From Clostridiales bacterium (lineage in GTDB: Bacteria; Bacillota; Clostridia; Christensenellales; Pumilibacteraceae), in the NCBI GenBank assembly GCA_031255775.1, contig JAIRRW010000064.1, positions 1 through 51,821 on the forward strand: a stretch of 51,821 nt of DNA. Direction: 5' to 3'. This document shows, piece after piece, positions 8,620 to 16,925 of the stretch; position 1 is the first letter of the stretch, and every line of letters starts with the position of its first letter. The translations under genes and the position numbers were made by a program. Below the pieces are notes generated by a model. The model had not been told where the DNA came from and did not search any database. It worked only from the letters and a program-made list of their open reading frames with translations.

Positions 8620-8651
8620 AGAGGCAGATAGGCAAGCGGAGGATTTGCGGC

Positions 8652-9872
8652 GTGAAATTTTTGACCATTCTTTGCGACGGAATGTCGGATCACCCCGACG
8701 AGCGGGGGAATACGCCCATGTCTCAGGCAAAAAAGCCGAACATGGACGCACTGGCCGCGCGCGGCGTCAGGGGGCTTGCGCAGACGGTGCCCGCCGGCAT
8801 GAAGCCGGGCAGCGACGTCGCCAACCTGTCGGTCATGGGGTACGACCCCAAAAAATATTATACGGGACGCTCCCCCCTGGAGGCGCTGTCCATAGGCGTC
8901 CCCATGAAGTTTTCGGACGTCTCCTATCGGCTCAATCTGGTCACGCTGAGCGGCGAGCCCGTCTATGACGAAAAGCGTATGCTGGATTATTCGGCGGGCG
9001 AAATCACCACGGCGGAGGCGAAAAAGCTGATCGAGTTTTTGGCGTTTACGCTGCCGCCGGACGGCCTATACCTCTATCCGGGCGTCAGCTATCGGCATTG
9101 CCTCTTGCACCGGGACGCCGAAACGGGCGCGGAGCTGACGCCGCCGCACGACATCGCCGACCGCGTGATCGGCGCGTACCTCCCCAAAGGGCGTTATGCC
9201 GAGGTCTTTTGCGACCTGATGCGGCAGTCAAACGAGCTTTTGACCGGACATCCCGTCAACGAGGCGCGCATAAAGGCCGGGAAAAATCCCGCCAATTCGA
9301 TCTGGCTGTGGGGCGAGGGGCGAAAGCCCGCTTTGGACAACTTTTATCAGCTGTACGGCGTGCGGGGCGCGGTCATCTCCGCCGTCGATCTCTTAAAGGG
9401 GATCGCCGTCGGCGCGGGACTGGACGTCGTGGAGGTGCCCGGCGCCACCGGGAACATTCATACCGATTTTTCGGGAAAGGCCGCGGCCGCGATCGAGACG
9501 CTGCGGGATCACGATTATGTGTACCTGCACATCGAGGCGCCCGACGAATGCGGACATCAGGGCGACCGGGCGGGTAAAACCAAGGCCATCGAGCTGATCG
9601 ACGAAAAGGTCGTCGGCCCGATCGTCGAGGCGCTGGGCAAGAGCGGCGCGCCGTTTCGCATCCTCGTCCTGCCCGACCACGCGACGCCCACGGCCCTGCG
9701 CTCGCACGTCGCCGACCCCGTCCCGTTTTTGCTGTACGACAGCCGGACGGACGCGCGCGCAAAGACCGGGGCGGACGGGACGCCCCCGCCCTTTACCGAG
9801 GAAAGCGCCAAAAGATCCGGCCTCTTTGTGCCCTCCGGCAACGCGCTGCTGCAACGCCTGATCGGCGGTTAA
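8652..9872 (+). CDS. apgM: Cofactor-independent phosphoglycerate mutase, archaeal-type (ApgM)
   Basis: The N-terminus is MKFLTILCDGMSD. The protein belongs to the metal-dependent phosphopentomutase/ApgM superfamily and is about 405 aa. Confidence 0.8.
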   Translation: MKFLTILCDGMSDHPDERGNTPMSQAKKPNMDALAARGVRGLAQTVPAGMKPGSDVANLSVMGYDPKKYYTGRSPLEALSIGVPMKFSDVSYRLNLVTLSGEPVYDEKRMLDYSAGEITTAEAKKLIEFLAFTLPPDGLYLYPGVSYRHCLLHRDAETGAELTPPHDIADRVIGAYLPKGRYAEVFCDLMRQSNELLTGHPVNEARIKAGKNPANSIWLWGEGRKPALDNFYQLYGVRGAVISAVDLLKGIAVGAGLDVVEVPGATGNIHTDFSGKAAAAIETLRDHDYVYLHIEAPDECGHQGDRAGKTKAIELIDEKVVGPIVEALGKSGAPFRILVLPDHATPTALRSHVADPVPFLLYDSRTDARAKTGADGTPPPFTEESAKRSGLFVPSGNALLQRLIGG

Positions 9873-9917
9873 TACGTGCCCGTTGACAAACGGAAAGTTT
9901 TATGGTAGGATAAGGTC

Positions 9918-10280
9918 ATGATCTTGGATCGGATTCACGAAGACCTCGAGCGCAACGAAAAAAGCACGCCCTCGGCCAAGCTGCACACCAATCTCCAGAT
10001 CGTCTCGGCGCTGGGGAGCGTTTTGCTGTTGCTGGTGAGTTTTGTGCTCTTTTTTGTGGACGAGGACATCTGGCGCCGGGTGTTTGGCGCCTGCCTCTAC
10101 CCGATCGTCATCCTATTGATCCTATCCTTTTACTGCGGCATTGCCCAGATATTCCGCCAGCGCCTAAAGCGCAACCTGTTGTTTTTGATCGTCGCCCTCC
10201 TGTGCGTAGCGGCCGTCGTCGGGACGGTCATCTACGAGGTCGGCGTCTTCGGCGCCTTTTATATCCCGCCGTTTAACTGA
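9918..10280 (+). CDS. Hypothetical small membrane protein (3-4 TM)
   Basis: The ORF starts with ATG. Hydrophobic helices include LGSVLLLLVSFVLFFV, YPIVILLILSFYC and LLFLIVALLCVAAVVGTVIY. No family was recognised. Confidence 0.45.
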   Translation: MILDRIHEDLERNEKSTPSAKLHTNLQIVSALGSVLLLLVSFVLFFVDEDIWRRVFGACLYPIVILLILSFYCGIAQIFRQRLKRNLLFLIVALLCVAAVVGTVIYEVGVFGAFYIPPFN

Positions 10281-10289
10281 CGCTGACGC

Positions 10290-10338
10290 TTTCGATAAAA
10301 TGAAAGCGCAAGCGGCATTTTGGCGATAGCGGCAGCGT
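10290..10338. repeat. Copy D of the intergenic repeat family
   Basis: GATAAAATGAAAGCGCAAGCGGCATTTTGGCGATAGCGGCAGCG lies between the convergent membrane-protein gene and lysC. Confidence 0.5.
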
Positions 10339-11664
10339 TTAAATAAATTCGCGGTACAGGCAGGCGATTGCCTTTTCGTAATCGGCATTGTCCACGCCGA
10401 TGATGATATTGAGCTCGCTGCTGCCCTGATCGATCATGCGGATGTTGACGTCGGCACGGTACAGGCAAGAGCAGACCTTGGCCGCGGTTCCCTTTTTTCG
10501 GAGCATTCCGTGGCCGACGACCGCGATGAGCGCGATGTCCCGGACAATATCGATGACGTCCGGCCGACAGGTCTTGACGATCTCGGCCAAAATGTCCTCC
10601 ACCGTCTCCGGCTCGACGCCCGTCCCGTCAATAACGATGCTCAAAGTGTCCACGCCCGTGGGCATATGCTCGATGGACAGCCCCTTATTTTCGATGGCGG
10701 AGAGAACCCGACGCGCAAAGCCCAGCTCGTTGTTCATCATGGACTTTTCGATAAAAATGGCAAAAAAATCCTTTTTGCCCGCAATGCCGGTCACCGTGCT
10801 ATCCCGGCGCGTAAATTCGCCCTTAAAGAATTTTTTGGTGGGCACGATCAGCGTGCCGGGCGCAGCGGGGTTAAAGGTGTTGCGGATATTGATGGGAATG
10901 TCGTTTTTTCGCACCGGGAAAATGGATTCGGGGTGCAGGACGTTTGCGCCCATGTACGAGAGCTCTCTGAGCTCCTTATAGGTGATCATGCCGATCAATT
11001 CCGGGTCCTCGACGATGCGCGGGTCGCACATCAAAAAGCCGTCGACGTCCGTCCAGTTTTCGTACATATCGGCCAGGACCGCGCGGGCGACGATCGCGCC
11101 GGACACGTCCGAGCCGCCGCGCGAAAAGGTGCGGATCTCCCCCGCCTCGTCCGCGCCGTAAAACCCCGGCAGTACCAGCCTTGTGCGGCCGCAAAGCGCT
11201 TTTTTCATCAAGACGTCGGTTTCCTCGGCCATAAAACGCCCGGCGTCGTCAAACCGAATGAGTTCCTTGGTGTCGCAAAACGTCCAGCCGAGCGCGGCCG
11301 CCATGACCTTGGCGCTCAAATATTCGCCGCGGCTGGCGATATAATCGGCGGTCGTGCCCCGATCGAGCCTTTCGATGATCCCGTCGTATTCGGCGGACAG
11401 GTCCATTTTTAGCCCCAGCCCGCCCACGATGTCGTCAAAGCGCGTCCTGACCGGCAAAAAGGCGTCGGCCGCGGCCTGCCCCGCCTTGACCGCCCGAAAG
11501 GCGGCGTATAAAAGGTCGGTCACCTTGGCGTCCCCGGCCTCGCGCTTGCCCGGCGCCGATACCACCACATAGCCCGCGTCCGGGTCGGACAAAACGATCT
11601 CCTTAACTCTCTTGATACAACCGGCGTTTGCCATGGACGTGCCGCCGAACTTCAATACTTTCAT
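10339..11664 (-). CDS. lysC: Aspartate kinase
   Basis: The N-terminus is MKVLKFGGTS. It has an amino-acid kinase fold and two C-terminal ACT-like regions. Confidence 0.9.
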   Translation of the reverse strand: MKVLKFGGTSMANAGCIKRVKEIVLSDPDAGYVVVSAPGKREAGDAKVTDLLYAAFRAVKAGQAAADAFLPVRTRFDDIVGGLGLKMDLSAEYDGIIERLDRGTTADYIASRGEYLSAKVMAAALGWTFCDTKELIRFDDAGRFMAEETDVLMKKALCGRTRLVLPGFYGADEAGEIRTFSRGGSDVSGAIVARAVLADMYENWTDVDGFLMCDPRIVEDPELIGMITYKELRELSYMGANVLHPESIFPVRKNDIPINIRNTFNPAAPGTLIVPTKKFFKGEFTRRDSTVTGIAGKKDFFAIFIEKSMMNNELGFARRVLSAIENKGLSIEHMPTGVDTLSIVIDGTGVEPETVEDILAEIVKTCRPDVIDIVRDIALIAVVGHGMLRKKGTAAKVCSCLYRADVNIRMIDQGSSELNIIIGVDNADYEKAIACLYREFI

Positions 11665-11669
11665 GAATA

Positions 11670-11740
11670 AACCTCTTTCAAACGCTGCCGCTTGCGATAA
11701 AATGCCGCTTGCGCTTATAGTAAGCCGAACGCTACCTAAG
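11670..11740. repeat. Copy E of the intergenic repeat family (inverted orientation relative to D)
   Basis: CGCTGCCGCTTGCGATAAAATGCCGCTTGCGCT is the reverse complement of the copy D module. Confidence 0.5.
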
Positions 11741-11889
11741 TCGTGTTGACACGCGTGTAATCGAGCAAGTTTTTAGGGATTTTTGTGTCTGTTGAAACGA
11801 TTTTTCGCAGGGCGTAGCAGCGCTACGTGCAAGAAAATTCGTGATAACAGACGCGAAAAGAGCAAAAACCTGCCGATTATTATCTCGTG

Positions 11890-13068
11890 TCAACACGACC
11901 TAATATAACGCGCTTCGATATAATACCGTTTTTCGTCCGCCTCGCCCATCGAAAAGGTCTTTTTGGGCAGGGGGCCGTGCTGGACAATGTAGGGAAAGAG
12001 CGCTTCCTTTTGCATTTTACGGAGGACGATGCCCACGCCGCCGGTTCGGCTTGCGACGGCCTTTAGCTCGGCCTCGCCGTGGATATAGTCGATCTCCCCG
12101 CCCTTTTCCGCTTGGTACGCCTCTAAAAACGCGTCCACGGCCTTGACGGCGTCGATCGCGTTTTCGGGCACAAAAAGCCGGACGGCGTCCCCGCCGACAT
12201 AGCCCGCGGTGCGCGCCCCGCCCTTGATACGGGCGGCGTACGCGGCCAGAAAATCGGCGGCGTCGATGCCGTGAATGACCCGATGAATGGGCTCAAACAG
12301 GATGCCCGGGTCATAAATATTGACCGCCTCGACCAGCGCGTACTTGGATTTTGGGTTCGCGTCCGTCCGGCAGGCCTTGGCCGTCGCCAGCGAATGGTTG
12401 CCGTCGCCTACCAAAAACAGCAGCTCCTCGCCGTACACCCTTTTCGCGCGCAGGACAAGCGCGTCCAGCGCGGCGGAAAGCCCCCGCGTGTCCGTGACTT
12501 GATACCCGGTGATCCGTCCGCCGTTGCCGTTTAATTCGCCCTCGTACAGGACGGGGGCGCTGGCGGCTCTATAGGGGCCCAAGACCGAGTCGGCGGGGTC
12601 GTCGTACAGCGCCATGATGTGCGGAAGCTCCAGCAGGCAGTCCTTGCGGACGGCGACCCGCGGCGGCACCCGCTCGGGGACGACCGCTTCGGTCGCGCGG
12701 ATCAGCGTTTTTTCGCCGCGAACCACCGAATAATCGTCCAGATCCACCAGCAGCATCAGGCCGTGATGCGTGTGGCCGTAGGCGGTTTCGCGCTTTAGGA
12801 CGACCGTGCCGTCCACCGCCCGAAACAGGCCGTCCGCCGCGTACCGCGCCTGCGTCTCGATGATCGAACGGATACGCTTTTCCTTGCCCGGCGCGTTTAG
12901 GTACGCCTCGGGAAAAATGAGGTTGAGCGTTGTCGGCGGCGTCAGGCTCTCCTCCAAGCCCCGCCAATAAGCGGGATTGGACGAATACTGGTCACAGGCC
13001 ACGACCGCCCAATTGCGCACATCCGGCTCTTTAGGGAGAACGATCTCCCCAAAACGAAAACAACCCAT
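11890..13068 (-). CDS. Conserved hypothetical protein, DUF1015-like
   Basis: It is about 392 aa. The N-terminal VVACDQYSSNPAYW motif resembles the DUF1015 family. Confidence 0.5.
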   Translation of the reverse strand: MGCFRFGEIVLPKEPDVRNWAVVACDQYSSNPAYWRGLEESLTPPTTLNLIFPEAYLNAPGKEKRIRSIIETQARYAADGLFRAVDGTVVLKRETAYGHTHHGLMLLVDLDDYSVVRGEKTLIRATEAVVPERVPPRVAVRKDCLLELPHIMALYDDPADSVLGPYRAASAPVLYEGELNGNGGRITGYQVTDTRGLSAALDALVLRAKRVYGEELLFLVGDGNHSLATAKACRTDANPKSKYALVEAVNIYDPGILFEPIHRVIHGIDAADFLAAYAARIKGGARTAGYVGGDAVRLFVPENAIDAVKAVDAFLEAYQAEKGGEIDYIHGEAELKAVASRTGGVGIVLRKMQKEALFPYIVQHGPLPKKTFSMGEADEKRYYIEARYIRSC

Positions 13069-13120
13069 AGCGATGCCGGTCTCCTTGCCTTTCGATAAAC
13101 TTTTTGATGAACTTTTTTTA

Positions 13121-13310
13121 ATCGACCTGTTCTAATTTTAACAGACCTGTTCTAAACCCAATCGTGAATGGATAAACGAGGATATATTTTGTCCGCCGAG
13201 GAAAAGGTTCTTTTTGGTAGCAGCGCTACCAAAAACGGTTCTTTGACGACGGCGGGCGGAATATAGGCCGTTTAGCCGTCACGATTGGTTGCAAGAACAG
13301 GTCTCATTCT
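13121..13310. mobile_element. MITE-like unit: imperfect inverted terminal repeats about 25 bp long flanking about 100 bp that contain a GGTAGCAGCGCTACC hairpin
   Basis: The left arm is CGACCTGTTCTAA...CAGACCTGTTCTAAACCCAATCGTGA. The right arm is TCACGATTGGTTGCAAGAACAGGTC. The AGAACAGGTC/GACCTGTTCT and CCAATCGTGA/TCACGATTGG pairs are reverse complements. Confidence 0.4.
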
Positions 13311-13470
13311 ACCCGATCGGGGTGAACCCGGCCATCAAGAGCCACAGCGCCGCCGCAAACAGCAGCGAAAACAGCTTGAGCGCCCAGTCCTTGACAAAGA
13401 CAAGCCGCAGGAGGCGGGTCAAGGGGTTGCCCTTTTTTTGCGTATCGTTTGCGTTTTTTTGCGTATCCAT
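13311..13470 (-). CDS. Putative small membrane protein (53 aa) immediately downstream of cdaA
   Basis: ATG at 13470 is preceded by AAAAGGGGAGCGGAAC. The product is MDTQKNANDTQKKGNPLTRLLRLVFVKDWALKLFSLLFAAALWLLMAGFTPIG, with a C-terminal hydrophobic helix. It is below the ORF-track size cutoff. Confidence 0.3.
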
Positions 13471-13512
13471 GTTCCGCTCCCCTTTTTTACTCGATCACAC
13501 CCGCGAAAACCG

Positions 13513-14379
13513 CTACCGAATGATCCGCCGACGGCGTCCCGTCTTTTTGTCGTCGGTCGCTTTGAGGCCGTACACCTCTTTTAAGAGGCCGGTCAGCGTC
13601 TGGCTGTCCAAATACCGCTCGATCTCGCCGTGACGGGCGACCGATATGATGCCCGTCTCCTCGGAGACGATGATGGCCAGGTGGTCGTACTGCTCGGTGA
13701 CGCCGATCGCGGCGCGGTGCCGGGTGCCCAAATCCTTGTCGAGGTTGGTCTGCTGGGTGAGAGGCAAAAAGCAGCCGGCCGCCAAAATCTTGCCGCCCCG
13801 GACATAGACGGCGCCGTCGTGCAGGGGGGCTTTTGTGTTGAACAGACATTCGATGAGCGGCGACGACAGATCCGCATTGAGACGGGTCCCGCTGTCCAAA
13901 ATATGCTCCGGGAGGTTGTCGGGCGCGACGATGATCAACGCGCCCAAATCCTTTTTGGACATATTTTGCACGGCGCGCACGATGTCCTCCACGGCGGTTT
14001 GCAGCGCCTCGTCGGACACCTCGTATTCGGTCGTGTAAAAATTATTGGCGTACCGGGGGCTGGCGACCTGCCACAGCACGCGCCTGAGCTGCTGGGGAAA
14101 CAGCAGCAGAATGATCAAGAGCGTCAAAATGACAAAGTGCGAAAACAGGTGGCCGGTGACCGGCATTTGGCCGACGAGGCCTTGGATGACCGCGCCCAAA
14201 AGCACCAGCGCCGCGATATACTTGATGATCCGCGCGGCGTTGTTTTTTTTGAGAAAAATGACAATCAAAAAGACGATGACCGCCGTCAAGAGGATGTCAA
14301 AAACGCTTAGGACGATCCCCTCGGGCGAGGCAAACCGCCCCGTGATATTATTTAAAAACGCTTCAAATCCCTCTCCCAC
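13513..14379 (-). CDS. cdaA: Diadenylate cyclase CdaA (DAC domain, c-di-AMP synthase)
   Basis: It has N-terminal TM helices and a DAC domain with the motifs DGAVYVRGGKILAAGCFLPL and TRHRAAIGVTEQYDHLAIIVSEETG. It has a GTG start. Confidence 0.85.
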   Translation of the reverse strand: MGEGFEAFLNNITGRFASPEGIVLSVFDILLTAVIVFLIVIFLKKNNAARIIKYIAALVLLGAVIQGLVGQMPVTGHLFSHFVILTLLIILLLFPQQLRRVLWQVASPRYANNFYTTEYEVSDEALQTAVEDIVRAVQNMSKKDLGALIIVAPDNLPEHILDSGTRLNADLSSPLIECLFNTKAPLHDGAVYVRGGKILAAGCFLPLTQQTNLDKDLGTRHRAAIGVTEQYDHLAIIVSEETGIISVARHGEIERYLDSQTLTGLLKEVYGLKATDDKKTGRRRRIIR

Positions 14380-14417
14380 GCGCCTCTACCCATTACTTAC
14401 CTTGCCTGTGTGAATTC

Positions 14418-14446
14418 ATTATACATAAAACTGTCTATATTATCAA
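14418..14446 (-). promoter_or_regulatory. Sigma-A promoter for cdaA (TTGATA-17-TATAAT, extended TG)
   Basis: The minus strand reads TTGATAATATAGACAGTTTTATGTATAAT about 35 nt upstream of the cdaA start. Confidence 0.5.
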
Positions 14447-14464
14447 TAAAAATCGAGCCGTTTT

Positions 14465-14577
14465 TTACTTTTTTTCGATTTTGTCGTATTCGTCCCCGAA
14501 TACCGATACCGCCGCGGCGGCTTTCGGGAGCGTCCGCTTTTGGGCGGACGCGGGCATACGCGCGGCTTTTTGCATGG
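14465..14577 (-). CDS. Putative 36-aa small ORF downstream of holA
   Basis: The ATG lies 7 nt after a GGGAGGG SD, which directly follows the holA stop. The product is MQKAARMPASAQKRTLPKAAAAVSVFGDEYDKIEKK. No homology was recognised. Confidence 0.2.
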
Positions 14578-14589
14578 TCTGTCCCTCCC

Positions 14590-15567
14590 CTAGACGCCCA
14601 GTGCCTGTCCGACCAGGGTCAAGAGCGCCGTCCGATCGTTGATTTTGCCCGATTTAAACCCGAAATCGGCCTGATGCAGCCCGTCCAATATGCTTTTGAG
14701 CTTTTTGGCGGACAGGCCCTTGGTCTGGCGCAGCGACATTTTGACGGCGTATTCGGCGACGCCCAGGTCCTGCGCCAGCGTGTCCGAGCCGGGGTTGATC
14801 TTGACAAACAGGAGGCGGCGGAAGTGCCGGTAGAGATAGCCCAAAATCTGGACGGGCGGCGTGTTGCTCTCAAACAGCGCGCGTAAAAGGCGGCCGCTGC
14901 GCGCCCCCGCCTTAGCCGCGAGCGCGTCGCCCAGCTCATAAATTTTATATTCGAGGTCAAAGGCAACCAGCTCCTCGACGTCCTTGACCGTGATTTGCGC
15001 CCCGTCCTTATAATCGGCCAGCTTTTTCGTTTCGAGGTCGATCCGGGTCAAAAACCCGCCCGTCGCCTCGATGAGACGCTCGGCCGCGTCGGTCGTGACC
15101 GCGCCGCCCCGCTCCGTCAGCGCCCTTAGGATAAAGCTCAAAACGTGCGGCTTAGAGAGCCTTGCGCAGTCCACCGGCTCGACCGCGCCCGCCTTTATGT
15201 AGGGCGTAAAATTGGGCGTGGCCTCGCCCTCGAAAATCAATACGGCGTCCGGCGGCGGCGCGTCAAAAAACCGTTCCAGGGGTTTTAGGTCGAACGCGCA
15301 GTCCCGGGCGGCGACCACCCGACGCCCGCCCATGACCGGCAGCGCACAAAGCGCCTCGTACAGCGTCTGCGCCGAATAGTCGCGGGCAAACACGCTGACG
15401 TTCCACTCGGGCGCCCCGCCCGCAAGCGCGGTCAGCATCGAAAAAGCCAGACGGCGGAGGTACGCGTCCTCACCCGTCACCAGATAGCAGGGTCTCAATT
15501 CGCCCGCTTGGATATGTTTTTTTAGTGCCTCAAATTTCAAGCCGCCCGCCTCATAAGGTTGACTCAC
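14590..15567 (-). CDS. holA: DNA polymerase III delta subunit
   Basis: It is about 325 aa and contains YLVTGEDAYL. The delta-subunit architecture is present. The start is uncertain: GTG at 15567, or TTG at 15537 with GAGGCGGG upstream. Confidence 0.75.
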   Translation of the reverse strand: MSQPYEAGGLKFEALKKHIQAGELRPCYLVTGEDAYLRRLAFSMLTALAGGAPEWNVSVFARDYSAQTLYEALCALPVMGGRRVVAARDCAFDLKPLERFFDAPPPDAVLIFEGEATPNFTPYIKAGAVEPVDCARLSKPHVLSFILRALTERGGAVTTDAAERLIEATGGFLTRIDLETKKLADYKDGAQITVKDVEELVAFDLEYKIYELGDALAAKAGARSGRLLRALFESNTPPVQILGYLYRHFRRLLFVKINPGSDTLAQDLGVAEYAVKMSLRQTKGLSAKKLKSILDGLHQADFGFKSGKINDRTALLTLVGQALGV

Positions 15568-15637
15568 GACCGCCCCGCGCCGCGCGGGCCGGACAGCCGC
15601 CCCTGTCTATTGTACCCTATCCCGGGGCTTTTGACAA

Positions 15638-16030
15638 TCAAAATATATTCACGGCGGCGGGAAAGGTTTCGTCCCTGAGATCGTCCACCAGCCGCCGCGC
15701 GGTATTGGCCGCCACGCGCGATTCCTCGGCGTTGTTTTGCTCCATCCACACCCGCAGCGTCACCAACCTTTCGTCCACCGTACGCGCAAGCGCGTGGTTG
15801 GACATACTTAGCGTAAAGGGACGGTTTTTGAGCCACAATTCCTCTATCTCCCGGTACGAAGCCAAATTTTTTTCGCTGTCGGTCTCTTCGGGCAGCAAAA
15901 CAAACTGCGCGTCAAGCGCGGCCAGCTTGTCGGACATCGACCGATACAGGTTGTCGGTCAGGATCATTTCGGTCACCGAAAGCCCCAAAAGCAGGGCGAA
16001 CACACAGGAAATGACGATCAGCTTTTTCAC
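15638..16030 (-). CDS. DUF4363-like small protein (N-terminal TM)
   Basis: The GTG start overlaps the DUF421 stop (GTGA) and has GGGAGGG 8 nt upstream. The upstream 150 codons of the track ORF lie inside the DUF421 gene in another frame. Confidence 0.55.
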   Translation of the reverse strand: MKKLIVISCVFALLLGLSVTEMILTDNLYRSMSDKLAALDAQFVLLPEETDSEKNLASYREIEELWLKNRPFTLSMSNHALARTVDERLVTLRVWMEQNNAEESRVAANTARRLVDDLRDETFPAAVNIF

Positions 16031-16722
16031 CAGCTCTGCCCTCCCGTCAGCGGAATCGTCCCCGTCAGACAGGGGCTGTTTTTGGGCGAGAGGTAGACGG
16101 TTCCGTCCTGTCGAATGTCCATATACAGCACTTCTTTGAGCGATTTTAGCTTGTTTTGCCTGATAAAAGCGAGAATATCGGCCTCCTTTAATCCGGCCAA
16201 CGCCAGATTTTTTTGATAGACGTAGCCGTCCGTCACCAGCGATAGGGGCAGGGTCGCGGTTTCGGGCGGCGGGCCGCTCCGGGGCTTTTCGACGACGCAG
16301 AGCTTGCCGTTGGTCTCGAAAATGGCGTACGCGATGTCGTTGAGGTCGGTATAGCCGCCGCTCCGCGCCGCCTCGACGAGGTCGTCCACATTGACGTTGA
16401 TTCGCTTTAGGTTTTGATAATTGATGCCGTTTTTGTCTATGGCGATGACCGCGCTGCCCGAAAACACCCGACGCGCCCAAATGCTTTTACGCGCGATAAA
16501 GGACATCAGCACCTGCAAGAGGGTGAGCGTCACCACCGGCACAACGCCCGCGTAGAGCGGAATGGCCGGGTCGTTTAGGGGGATGCAGGCCACCTCGGCG
16601 ATCAACAGCATGATGACAAGCTCAAACGGCTGCATTTCGCCCAGCTGCCGCTTACCCATAATGCGCACCGTAAAGAGCACGATGACATAAATGATCGCCG
16701 CTTTCATAAAGATCAATAGCAT
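16027..16722 (-). CDS. DUF421 / YetF-family membrane protein
   Basis: N-terminal TM helices precede the YetF-type C-terminal domain (DLVEAARSGGYTDLNDIAYAIFETNGKLCVV). The start was taken at MLLIFMK. The track ORF's N-terminal extension runs through a repeat copy. Confidence 0.7.
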   Translation of the reverse strand: MLLIFMKAAIIYVIVLFTVRIMGKRQLGEMQPFELVIMLLIAEVACIPLNDPAIPLYAGVVPVVTLTLLQVLMSFIARKSIWARRVFSGSAVIAIDKNGINYQNLKRINVNVDDLVEAARSGGYTDLNDIAYAIFETNGKLCVVEKPRSGPPPETATLPLSLVTDGYVYQKNLALAGLKEADILAFIRQNKLKSLKEVLYMDIRQDGTVYLSPKNSPCLTGTIPLTGGQSW

Positions 16723-16789
16723 AGCGGCGCTAGTATCCGACAGAAAACGGGATTTTATGCGCTGCCGCTGACGCTGACGCTTTCGCTCA

Positions 16790-16925
16790 AACGCCGCTAC
16801 GCTTGCGTTGTGAGCGAGGGATAAGGCACTTTTTGACAAAAAACGTCGTTTTTGTCAAAAAGATTTAAGAGAAAGATAGCTGACGCGTTTTTGTCAAAAA
16901 GATTTAAGAGAAAGATAGCGGTTGC
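16790..16925. repeat. Copy B of the intergenic repeat family, including a 38-bp internal tandem duplication
   Basis: GAGCGAGGGATAAGGCAC is followed by GACAAAAAACGTCGTTTTTGTCAAAAAGATTTAAGAGAAAGATAGCTGACGCG. The segment TTTTTGTCAAAAAGATTTAAGAGAAAGATAGCGGTTGCG then repeats. Confidence 0.6.

Noticed and set aside
11665-11889. Canonical lysine riboswitch upstream of lysC
   Set aside because: The conserved L-box core motifs were not found by eye. It is kept only as a low-confidence structured-leader finding.
15638-16480. Full 280-aa track ORF
   Set aside because: Its first about 150 codons overlap the DUF421 gene in another frame and are Arg-rich. It was trimmed to the GTG at 16030 with its SD.
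16723-16839. N-terminal extensions of the track ORFs for DUF421, minD, mtnN, spoIVFB, rnfD, addB, tatD, the ABC ATPase and the permease
   Set aside because: The track begins at the first ATG/GTG/TTG after a stop. The extensions run through repeat elements or lack an SD. Internal ATGs with an SD match family N-termini.
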